A stretch of DNA of 64,000 nt from Eledone cirrhosa. Lineage: Eukaryota. Below, piece by piece: positions 54,051 through 64,000 of the stretch. Position 1 is the stretch's first letter. Each line of letters starts with the position of its first letter. The stretch is from NCBI GenBank assembly GCA_964016885.1, contig OZ024743.1, positions 181,474,001 to 181,538,000 on the forward strand, written 5' to 3'. The notes under the pieces are model-generated. The model was not told the origin of the DNA. It was given only the letters and a program-made list of their open reading frames with translations, and ran no database searches. The position numbers and the translations under genes were made by a program.

Positions 54051-55834
54051 GTTGTTGTTGTTGTTGTTATTGGTGGTGGTTTGGTAATTGTGTTGTTGTT
54101 GTTGTTATTATTGGTGGTGGTTTGGTAATTGTGTTGTTGTTATTGTTGTTATTGGTGGTGGTTTGGTAATTGTGTTGTTGTTGTTGTTATTATTGGTGGT
54201 GGTTTGGTAATTGTGTTGTTGTTGTTGTTATTATTGGTGGTGGTTTGCTAATTGTGTTGTTGTTGTTGTTATTGGTGGTAGTTTGGTAATTGTGTTGTTG
54301 TTGTTGTTATTATTGGTGTTGGTTTGGTAATTGTGTTGTTGTTGTTGTTATTGGTGGTGGTTTGGTGATTGTGTTGTTGTTGTTATTATTGGTGGTGGTT
54401 TGGTAATTGTGTTGTTGTTGTTGTTGTTATTGGTGGTGGTTTGGTAATTATGTTGTTGTTGTTGTTGTTGTTGTTATTGGTGGTGGTTTAGTAATTGTGT
54501 TGTTGTTGTAGTTGTTATTATTGGTGGTGGTTTGGTAATTGTGTTGTTGTTGTAGTTATTGGTGGTGGTTTGGTAATTGTGTTGTTGTTTTTGTTGTTAT
54601 TGGTGGTGGTTTGGTAATTGTGTTGTTGTTGTTGTTATTGGTGGTGATTTGGTAATTGTGTTTTTGTTGTTGTTGTTATTGATTGTGGTTTGGTAATTGC
54701 GTTGTTGTTGTTGTTGTTATTATTGGTGGTGATTTGGTAATTGTGTTGTTGTTGTTGTTGTTACTGGTGGTGGTTTGGTAATTGTGTTTTTGTTGTTCTT
54801 GTTATTGGTGGTGGTTTGGTGATTTTGTTGTTGTTGTTGTTGTTGTTATTGGTGGTGGTTTTGTAATTGTGTTGTTGTTGTTGTTGTTATTATTGATGGT
54901 GGTTTGGTAATTGTGTTGTTGTTGGTGTTGTTATTGGTGGTGGTTTGGTAATTGTGTTGTTGTTGTTGTTATTATTGGTGGTAGTTTGGTAATTGTGTCG
55001 TTGTTGTTGTTATTGGTGGTGGTTTGGTGATTGTGTTGTTGTTGTTGTTGTTGTTATTGGTGGTGGTTCGGTAATTGTGTTGTTGTTGTTGTTGTTGTTA
55101 TTGAGGTGGTTTGGTAATTGTGTTGTTGTTGTTGTTATTATTGGTGGTGGTTTGGTAATTGTGTTGTTGTTGTTGTTATTATTGGTGGTGGTTTGGTAAT
55201 TGTGTTGTTGTTGTTGTTATTATTGGTGGTGGTTTGGTGATTGTGTTGTTGTTGTTGTTGTTGTTATTGGTGGTGGTTTGGTAATTGTGTTGTTGTTGTT
55301 GTTATTATTGGTGGTGGTTTGGTGATTGTGTTGTTGTTGTTATTATTGGTGGTGGTTTGGTAATTGTGTTGTTGTTGTTGTTGTTATTGTTGGAGGTGGT
55401 TTGGTAATTGTGTTGTTGTTGTTGTTGTTGTTATTGGTGGTGGTTTGGTAATTGTGTTGTTGTTGTTGTTATTATTGGTGGTGGTTTGGTAATTGTGTTG
55501 TTGTTGTTGTTGTTGTTGTTATTGGTGGTGGTTTAGTAATTGTGTTGTTGTTGTTGTTGTTGTTGTTATTGGGGTGGTTTGGTAATTGTGTTGTTGTTGT
55601 TGTTATTATTGGTGGTGGTTTGGTAATTGTGTTGTTGTTGTTGTTATTATTGGTGGTGGTTTGGTAATTGTGTTTTTGTTGTTGTTGTTGTTATTGGTGG
55701 TGGTTTGGTAATTGTGTTGTTGTTGTTGTTATTATTGGTGGTGGTTTGGTAATTGTGTTGTTGTTGTTGTTATTGGTGGTGGTTTGGTAATTGTGTTGTT
55801 GTTGTTGTTATTATTGGTGGTGGTTTGGTAATTG

Positions 55835-55868
<34 letters not shown>

Positions 55869-58171
55869 ATTGGTGGTGGTTTGGTAATTATGTTGTTGTT
55901 GTTGTTATTGGTGGAGGTTTGGTAATTGTGTTGCTGTTGTTGTTGTTATTGGCGGTGGTTTGGTGATTGTGTTGTTGTTGTTGTTGTTATTGGTGGTGGT
56001 TTGGTAATTGTGTTGTTGTTGTTGTTATTATTGGTGGTGGTTTGGTAATTGTGTTGTTGTTGTTGTTGTTATTGGTGGTGGTTTGGTAATTGTGTTGATG
56101 TTGTTGTTATTGTTGTTGTTGTTATTAGTGGCGTTTGGTAATTGTGTTGTGTTGTTATTGGTGGTGGTTTGCTAATTGTGTTGTTGTTGTTGTTGTTGTT
56201 ATTGGTGGTGGTTTGGTAATTGTGTTGTTGTTGTTGTTGTTGTTATTGGTGGTGGTTTGGTAATTGTGTTGTTGTTGTTATTATTGGTGGTGGTTTGGTA
56301 ATTGTGTTGTTGTTGTTGTTGTTATTGGTGGTGGTTTGGTAATTGTCTTTTGTTGTTGTTGTTATTGGTGGTGGTTTGGTAATTGTGTTGTTGTGGTTGT
56401 TGTTGTTGTTGTTATTATTGGTGGTGGTGTGTTAATTGTGTTGTTGTTGTTGTTGTTATTGGTGGTGGTTTGGTAATTGTGATGTTGTTGTTGTTGTTAT
56501 TGGTGGTGGTTTGTTAATTGTGATGTTTTTGTTGTTGTTGTTGTTATTGGTGGTGGGTTGGTAATTGTGTTGTTGTTGTTGTTGTTATTGTTATTGTTGG
56601 TGTTTTGGTAATTGTGTTGTTGTTGTTGTTGTTGTTGTTATTGATGGTGGTTTGGTAATTGTGTTGTTGTTGTTGTTGTTATTGGTGGTGGTTTGGTAAT
56701 TATGTTGTTGTTGTTGTTGTTGTTGTTATTGGTGGTGGTTTAGTAATTGTGTTGTTGTTGTAGTTGTTATTATTGGTGGTGGTTTGGTAATTGTGTTGTT
56801 GTTGTAGTTATTGGTGGTGGTTTGGTAATTGTGTTGTTGTTTTTGTTGTTATTGGTGGTGGTTTGGTAATTGTGTTGTTGTTGTTGTTATTGGTGGTGAT
56901 TTGGTAATTGTGTTTTTGTTGTTGTTGTTATTGATTGTGGTTTGGTAATTGCGTTGTTGTTGTTGTTGTTATTATTGGTGGTGATTTGGTAATTGTGTTG
57001 TTGTTGTTGTTGTTACTGGTGGTGGTTTGGTAATTGTGTTTTTGTTGTTCTTGTTATTGGTGGTGGTTTGGTGATTTTGTTGTTGTTGTTGTTGTTGTTA
57101 TTGGTGGTGGTTTTGTAATTGTGTTGTTGTTGTTGTTGTTATTATTGATGGTGGTTTGGTAATTGTGTTGTTGTTGGTGTTGTTATTGGTGGTGGTTTGG
57201 TAATTGTGTTGTTGTTGTTGTTATTATTGGTGGTAGTTTGGTAATTGTGTCGTTGTTGTTGTTATTGGTGGTGGTTTGGTGATTGTGTTGTTGTTGTTGT
57301 TGTTGTTATTGGTGGTGGTTCGGTAATTGTGTTGTTGTTGTTGTTGTTGTTATTGAGGTGGTTTGGTAATTGTGTTGTTGTTGTTGTTATTATTGGTGGT
57401 GGTTTGGTAATTGTGTTGTTGTTGTTGTTATTATTGGTGGTGGTTTGGTAATTGTGTTTTTGTTGTTGTTGTTGTTATTGGTGGTGGTTTGGTAATTGTG
57501 TTGTTGTTGTTGTTATTATTGGTGGTGGTTTGGTAATTGTGTTGTTGTTGTTGTTATTATTGGTGGTGGTTTGGTGATTGTGTTGTTGTTGTTGTTGTTG
57601 TTATTGGTGGTGGTTTGGTAATTGTGTTGTTGTTGTTGTTATTATTGGTGGTGGTTTGGTGATTGTGTTGTTGTTGTTATTATTGGTGGTGGTTTGGTAA
57701 TTGTGTTGTTGTTGTTGTTGTTATTGTTGGAGGTGGTTTGGTAATTGTGTTGTTGTTGTTGTTGTTGTTATTGGTGGTGGTTTGGTAATTGTGTTGTTGT
57801 TGTTGTTATTATTGGTGGTGGTTTGGTAATTGTGTTGTTGTTGTTGTTGTTGTTGTTATTGGTGGTGGTTTAGTAATTGTGTTGTTGTTGTTGTTGTTGT
57901 TGTTATTGGGGTGGTTTGGTAATTGTGTTGTTGTTGTTGTTATTATTGGTGGTGGTTTGGTAATTGTGTTGTTGTTGTTGTTATTATTGGTGGTGGTTTG
58001 GTAATTGTGTTTTTGTTGTTGTTGTTGTTATTGGTGGTGGTTTGGTAATTGTGTTGTTGTTGTTGTTATTATTGGTGGTGGTTTGGTAATTGTGTTGTTG
58101 TTGTTGTTATTGGTGGTGGTTTGGTAATTGTGTTGTTGTTGTTGTTATTATTGGTGGTGGTTTGGTAATTG

Positions 58172-58205
<34 letters not shown>

Positions 58206-61200
58206 ATTGGTGGTGGTTTGGTAATTATGTTGTTGTTGTTGTTATTGGTGGAGGTTTGGTAATTGTGTTGCTGTTGTTGTTGTTATTGGCGGTGGTTTGG
58301 TGATTGTGTTGTTGTTGTTGTTGTTATTGGTGGTGGTTTGGTAATTGTGTTGTTGTTGTTGTTATTATTGGTGGTGGTTTGGTAATTGTGTTGTTGTTGT
58401 TGTTGTTATTGGTGGTGGTTTGGTAATTGTGTTGATGTTGTTGTTATTGTTGTTGTTGTTATTAGTGGCGTTTGGTAATTGTGTTGTGTTGTTATTGGTG
58501 GTGGTTTGCTAATTGTGTTGTTGTTGTTGTTGTTGTTATTGGTGGTGGTTTGGTAATTGTGTTGTTGTTGTTGTTGTTGTTATTGGTGGTGGTTTGGTAA
58601 TTGTGTTGTTGTTGTTATTATTGGTGGTGGTTTGGTAATTGTGTTGTTGTTGTTGTTGTTATTGGTGGTGGTTTGGTAATTGTCTTTTGTTGTTGTTGTT
58701 ATTGGTGGTGGTTTGGTAATTGTGTTGTTGTGGTTGTTGTTGTTGTTGTTATTATTGGTGGTGGTGTGTTAATTGTGTTGTTGTTGTTGTTGTTATTGGT
58801 GGTGGTTTGGTAATTGTGATGTTGTTGTTGTTGTTATTGGTGGTGGTTTGTTAATTGTGATGTTTTTGTTGTTGTTGTTGTTATTGGTGGTGGGTTGGTA
58901 ATTGTGTTGTTGTTGTTGTTGTTATTGTTATTGTTGGTGTTTTGGTAATTGTGTTGTTGTTGTTGTTGTTGTTGTTATTGATGGTGGTTTGGTAATTGTG
59001 TTGTTGTTGTTGTTGTTATTGTTGGTGGTTTCGTAATTGTGTTGTTGTTGTTGTTGTTATTGGTGGTGATTTGGTAATTGTGTTGTTGTTGTTGTTGTTG
59101 TTATTGGTGGTGATTTGTTAATTGTGTTGTTGTTGTTGTTATTATTGGTGGTGGTTTGGTAATTGTGTTGTTGTTGTTATTATTGCTGGTGGTTTGGTAA
59201 TTGTGTTGTTGTTGTTGTTGTTATTGGTGGTGATTTGGTAATTGTGTTGTTGTTGTTGTTGTTATTGGTGGTGGTTTGGTAATTGTGTTGTTGTTGTTGT
59301 TGTTATTGGTGGTGATTTGGTAATTGTGTTGTTGTTGTTGTTATTGGTGGTGATTTGGTAATTATGTTGTTGTTGTTATTATTGGTGGTGGTTTGGTAAT
59401 TGTGTTGTTGTTGTTGTTATTATTGGTGGTGGTTTGGTAATTGTGTTGTTGTTGTTGTTGTTGTTATTGGTGGAGGTTTGGTAATTGTGTCGTTGTTGTT
59501 GTTGTTATTGGTGGTGGTTTGGTAATTGTGTTGTTGTTGTTGTTGTTGTTATTGTTGGTGATATGGTAATTGTGTTGTTGTTGTTGTTGTTGTTGTTATT
59601 GGTGGTGGTTTGGTAATTGTGTTGTTGTTGTTGTTATTGGTGGAGGTTTGGTAATTGTGTTGTTGTTGTTATTGTTGTTGTTATTGGTGGTGGTTTGGTA
59701 ATTGTGTTGTTGTTGTTGTTGTTATTGGTGGTGATTTGGTAATTGTGTTGTTGTTGTTGTTGTTATTGGTGGTGGTTTGGTAATTGTGTTGTTGTTGTTG
59801 TTGTTGTTATTGGTGGTGGTTTGGTAATTGTGTTGTTGTTGTTGTTGTTGTTATTGGTGGTGATTTGGTAATTATGTTGTTGTTGTTGTTATTATTGGTG
59901 GTGGTTTGGTAATTGTGTTGTTGTTGTTGTTATTATTGGTGGTGGTTTGGTAATTGTGTTGTTGTTGTTGTTATTATTGGTGGTGGTTTGGTAATTGTGT
60001 CGTTGTTGTTGTTGTTGTTATTGGTGGTGATTTGGTAATTATGTTGTTGTTGTTGTTATTATTGGTGGTGGTTTGGTAATTGTGTTGTTGTTGTTGTTAT
60101 TATTGGTGGTGGTTTGGTAATTGTGTTGTTGTTGTTGTTGTTGTTATTGGTGGAGGTTTGGTAATTGTGTCGTTGTTGTTGTTGTTATCGGTGGTGGTTC
60201 GGTAATTGTGTTGTTGTTGTTGTTATTGGTGGTGGTTTGGTAATTGTGTTGTTGTTGTTGTTATTGGTGGAGGTTTGGTAATTGTGTTGTTGTTGTTGTT
60301 GTTGTTATTGGTGGTGATTTGGTAATTGTGTTGTTGTTGTTGTTGTTATTGGTGGTGATTTGGTAATTGTGTTGTTGTTGTTGTTATTATTGGTGGTGGT
60401 TTGGTAATTGTATTGTTGTTGTTATTGGTGGAGGTTTGGTGATTGTGTTGTTGTTGTTGTTGTTATTGGTGGTGGTTTGGTAATTGTGTTTTTGTTGTTG
60501 TTATTATTGGTGGTGGTTTGGTAATTGTGTTGTTGTTGTTGTTGTTATTGGTGGTGGTTTGGTAATTGTGTTGATGTTGCTTTTATTGGTGGTGGTTTGG
60601 TGATTGTGTTGTTGTTGTTGTTGTTATTGGTGGTGGTTTGGTAATTGTGTTGTTGTTGTTGTTATTATTGGTGGTGATTTGGTAATTGTGTTGTTGTTGT
60701 TGTTATTGGTGGTGGTTTGGTAATTGTGTTGATGTTGTTGTTATTGGTGGTGGATTGGTAATGGTGTTGTTGTTTCGGTTATTGTTATTATTGGTGGTGG
60801 TTTGGTAATTGTGTTGTTGTCGTTGTTGTTGTTGTTATTGGTGGTGGTTTGGTAATTGTGTTGTTGTTTTTGTTGTTGTTGTTGTTGTTATTGGTGGTGG
60901 TTTGGTAATTGTGTTCTTGCTGTTGTTATTATTGGTGGTGGTTTGGTAATTGTGTTGTTGTTGTTGTTGTTATTGGTGGTGGTTTGGTAATTGTGTTGTT
61001 GTTTGTCTTGTTGTTGTTGTTATTGGTGGTGGTTTGGTAATTGTGTTGTTGTTGTTGTTATTATTGGTGGTGGTGTGTTAATTGCGTTGTTGTTGTTGTT
61101 GTTATTGGTGGTGGTTTGGTAATTGTGATGTTGTTGTTGTTGTTGTTGTTATTGGTGGTGGTTTGTTAATTGTGATGTTTTTGTTGTTGTTGTTGTTATT

Positions 61201-61219
61201 GGTGGTGGTTTGGTAATTG

Positions 61220-61250
<31 letters not shown>

Positions 61251-64000
61251 ATTGGTGGTGGTTTGGTAATTGTGTTGTTGTTGTTGTTGTTATTGTTGGT
61301 GGTTTCGTAATTGTGTTGTTGTTGTTGTTTTTATTGGTGGTGATTTGGTAATTGTATTGTTGTTGTTGTTGTTATTGGTGGTGATTTGTTAATTGTGTTG
61401 TTGTTGTTGTTATTATTGGTGGTGGTTTGGTATTTGTGTTGTTGTTGTTGTTATTGGTGGAGGTTTACTGATTGTGTTGTTGTTGTTGTTGTTATTGGTG
61501 GTGGTTTGGTAATTGTGTTGATGTTGTTATTATTGGTGGTGGTTTGGTAATTGTGTTGTTGTTGTTGTTGTTATTGGTGGTGATTTGGTAATTGTGTTGT
61601 TGTTGTTGTTTTTATTGGTGGTGGTTTGGTAATTGTGTTGTTGTTGTTGTTATTATTGGTGGTGGTTTGGTAATTGTGTTGTTGTTGTTGTTATTGGTGG
61701 AGGTTTGGTAATTGTGTCGTTGTTGTTGTTGTTATTGATGGTGGTTTGGTAATTGTGTTGTTGTTGTTGTTGTTGTTGTTATTGGTGGTGGTTTGGTAAT
61801 TGTGTTGTTGTTGTTGTTATTGGTGGAGGTTTGGTAATTGTGTTGTTGTTGTTGTTGTTGTTATTGGTGGTGATTTGGTAATTGTGTTGTTGTTGTTGTT
61901 GTTATTGGTGGTGATTTGGTAATTGTGTTGTTGTTGTTGTTATTATTGGTGGTGGTTTGGTAATTGTGTTGTTGTTGTTATTGGTGGAGGTTTGGTGATT
62001 GTGTTGTTGTTGTTGTTGTTATTGGTGGTGGTTTGGTAATTGTGTTTTTGTTGTTGTTATTATTGGTGGTGGTTTGGTAATTGTGTTGTTGTTGTTGTTG
62101 TTGTTGTTATTGGTGGTGGTTTGGTAATTGTGTTGTTGTTGTTGTTGTTGTTATTGGTGGTGGTTTGGTAATTCTGTTGTTGTTGTTGTTGTTATTGGTG
62201 GTGATTTGGTAATTGTGTTGTTGTTGTTGTTATTATTGGTGGTGGTTTGGTAATTGTATTGTTGTTGTTATTGGTGGTGGTTTGGTAATTGTGTTGTTGT
62301 TGTTGTTGTTATTGGTGGTGGTTTGGTAATTGTCTTTTGTTGTTGTTGTTATTGGTGGTGGTTTGGTAATTGTGTTGTTGTGGTTGTTGTTGTTGTTGTT
62401 ATTATTGGTGGTGGTGTGTTAATTGTGTTGTTGTTGTTGTTGTTATTGGTGGTGGTTTGGTAATTGTGATGTTGTTGTTGTTGTTGTTGTTATTGGTGGT
62501 GGTTTGTTAATTGTGATGTTTTTGTTGTTGTTGTTGTTATTGGTGGTGGGTTGGTAATTGTGTTGTTGTTGTTGTTGTTATTGTTATTGTTGGTGTTTTG
62601 GTAATTGTGTTGTTGTTGTTGTTGTTGTTGTTATTGGTGGTGGTTTGGTAATTGTGTTGTTGTTGTTGTTGTTATTGTTGGTGGTTTCGTAATTGTGTTG
62701 TTGTTGTTGTTGTTATTGGTGGTGATTTGGTAATTGTGTTGTTGTTGTTGTTGTTATTGGTGGTGATTTGTTAATTGTGTTGTTGTTGTTGTTATTATTG
62801 GTGGTGGTTTGGTAATTGTGTTGTTGTTGTTATTGGTGGAGGTTTACTGATTGTGTTGTTGTTGTTGTTGTTATTGGTGGTGGTTTGGTAATTGTGTTGT
62901 TGTTGTTATTATTGCTGGTGGTTTGGTAATTGTGTTGTTGTTGTTGTTGTTATTGGTGGTGATTTGGTAATTGTGTTGTTGTTGTTGTTGTTATTGGTGG
63001 TGGTTTGGTAATTGTGTTGTTGTTGTTGTTGTTGTTATTGGTGGTGATTTGGTAATTGTGTTGTTGTTGTTGTTGTTGTTACTGGTGGTGATTTGGTAAT
63101 TATGTTGTTGTTGTTATTATTGGTGGTGGTTTGGTAATTGTGTTGTTGTTGTTGTTATTATTGGTGGTGGTTTGGTAATTGTGTTGTTGTTGTTGTTGTT
63201 ATTGGTGGAGGTTTGGTAATTGTGTCGTTGTTGTTGTTGTTATTGGTGGTGGTTCGGTAATTGTGTTGTTGTTGTTGTTGTTGTTGTTATTGGTGGTGGT
63301 TTGGTAATTGTGTTGTTGTTGTTGTTATTGGTGGAGGTTTGGTAATTGTGTTGTTGTTGTTGTTGTTGTTATTGGTGGTGATTTGGTAATTGTGTTGTTG
63401 TTGTTATTGGTGGTGGTTTGGTAATTGTGTTGTTGTTGTTATTGGTGGAGGTTTGGTGATTGTGTTGTTGTTGTTGTTGTTATTGGTGGTGGTTTGGTAA
63501 TTGTGTTTTTGTTGTTGATATTATTGGTGGTGGTTTGGTAATTGTGTTGTTGTTGTTGTTATTATTGGTGGTGGTTTGGTAATTGTGTTTTTGTTGTTGT
63601 TATTATTGGTGGTGGTTTGGTAATTGTGTTGTTGTTGTTGTTGTTTTATTGGTGGTGGTTTGGTAATTGTGTTGATGTTGTTGTTATTGGTGGTGGTTTG
63701 GTGATTGTGTTGTTGTTGTTGTTGTTATTGGTGGTGGTTTGGTAATTGTGTTGTTGTTGTTGTTATTATTGGTGGTGATTTGGTAATTGTGTTGTTGTTG
63801 TTGTTATTGGTGGTGGTTTGGTAATTGTGTTGTTGTTGTTGTTGTTATTGGTGGTGGTTTGGTAATTGTGTTGATTTTGTTGTTATTGGTGGTGGTTTGG
63901 TAATTGTGTTGTTGTTGTTGTTGTTGTTATTGGTGGTGATTTTGTAATTGTGTTGTTCTTGTTGTTGTTATTGGTGGTTTTTTTTGTAATTGTGTTGTTG

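Larger units (their letters stand above)
1..64000 (+). repeat. Tandem satellite array of ~41-bp compound-trinucleotide monomer AATTGT(GTT)n(ATT)1-3GGTGGTGGTTTGGT; ~1,500 copies; runs off both window ends
   Basis: AATTGT anchors at 39, 80 and 121 give a period of 41, and the same unit continues to the last base. Monomer length is 20+3k. No non-repeat interruption or orientation switch was seen. Copy number is estimated as 64,000 divided by ~42 bp. Confidence 0.99.
42620..64000 (+). repeat. Near-perfect ~10.86-kb tandem duplication (~42,620-53,480 and ~53,480-64,000+)
   Basis: ORF pairs 44129/54993, 44588/55452, 45400/56264, 46381/57245 and 46925/57789 (all offset 10864), then 47746/58601 (10855) and 51402/62254 (10852). 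The GGTGG+poly-T variant occurs at 42911/53775 and 53121/63973. Confidence 0.95.

Noticed and set aside
996-63745. All short + strand ORFs in the supplied track (poly-C/W/V/G/L peptides resembling Cys-rich or membrane peptides)
   Set aside because: They are the three frames of the repeat read in succession, and those I checked start at TTG within the repeat. They exceed 60 aa only where a frameshifting or stop-removing variant (e.g. ATTGGGG, TGTCTTTT, GGAAATT) bypasses the TGG-TAA stop that recurs every third monomer. There is no gene context.
1-64000. CRISPR-like repeat-spacer pattern (constant ~23-bp block plus variable segment)
   Set aside because: The variable segment is only (GTT)n length variation rather than unique spacers. 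There is no leader, no cas gene and no palindromic repeat.
1-64000. Direct product of telomerase or another reverse transcriptase stuttering on a short RNA template (including DRT2-like concatemeric cDNA)
   Set aside because: GTT counts and point variants are copied exactly across 4.6-kb and 10.9-kb blocks, which indicates DNA-level duplication rather than independent synthesis of each monomer. No RT gene and no stop-free ORF in the standard code are present.
1-64000. Arrays of transcription-factor motifs: CCAAT box (ATTGG), homeodomain TAATTG, SOX-like ATTGT
   Set aside because: These 5-6 bp matches are expected by chance in such a monomer and are multiplied by amplification. There is no binding evidence or nearby gene.
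1-64000. Bisulfite-converted or low-quality sequencing artefact as the cause of C depletion
   Set aside because: Residual Cs occur in non-CpG contexts (GCT, TCT, ACT, TCA) and recur at orthologous positions in duplicated blocks, so they behave as heritable variants. Raw reads were not available to exclude an artefact completely.
1-64000. Hairpins, terminators, tRNA/ncRNA folds, inverted repeats or transposon ends
   Set aside because: With almost no C and little A on the + strand, Watson-Crick self-pairing is limited to AATT. No inverted segment or foreign insertion was seen.

Overview
The whole 64 kb window is one uninterrupted head-to-tail tandem repeat (satellite or giant minisatellite) of roughly 1,500 monomers, all in the same orientation. 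The monomer is AATTGT-(GTT)n-(ATT)1-3-GGTGGTGGT-TTGGT, with modal length 41 bp and variants mostly in 3-bp steps (35, 38, 44, 47 and longer). The + strand is extremely G/T-skewed (41-bp consensus: 23 T, 15 G, 3 A, 0 C). I see no real genes, RNA genes, transposon insertions, inversions or CRISPR array, and every ORF in the supplied track is a translation artefact of the repeat. Rare variant monomers act as barcodes and reveal nested duplications with offsets of about 0.65, 1.8, 2.2-2.35, 4.58, 5.37, 8.1, 10.86, 15.2 and 19.8-20.6 kb. Several breakpoints map to single chimeric monomers. Each consensus monomer carries a two-tier G-quadruplex-type motif (GGTGGTGGTTTGG) and a Chi-like octamer. Organism and chromosomal position (telomeric, subtelomeric or centromeric) cannot be determined from this window, and I cannot support a novel gene-based system here. 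Block boundaries were mapped by eye and are approximate.
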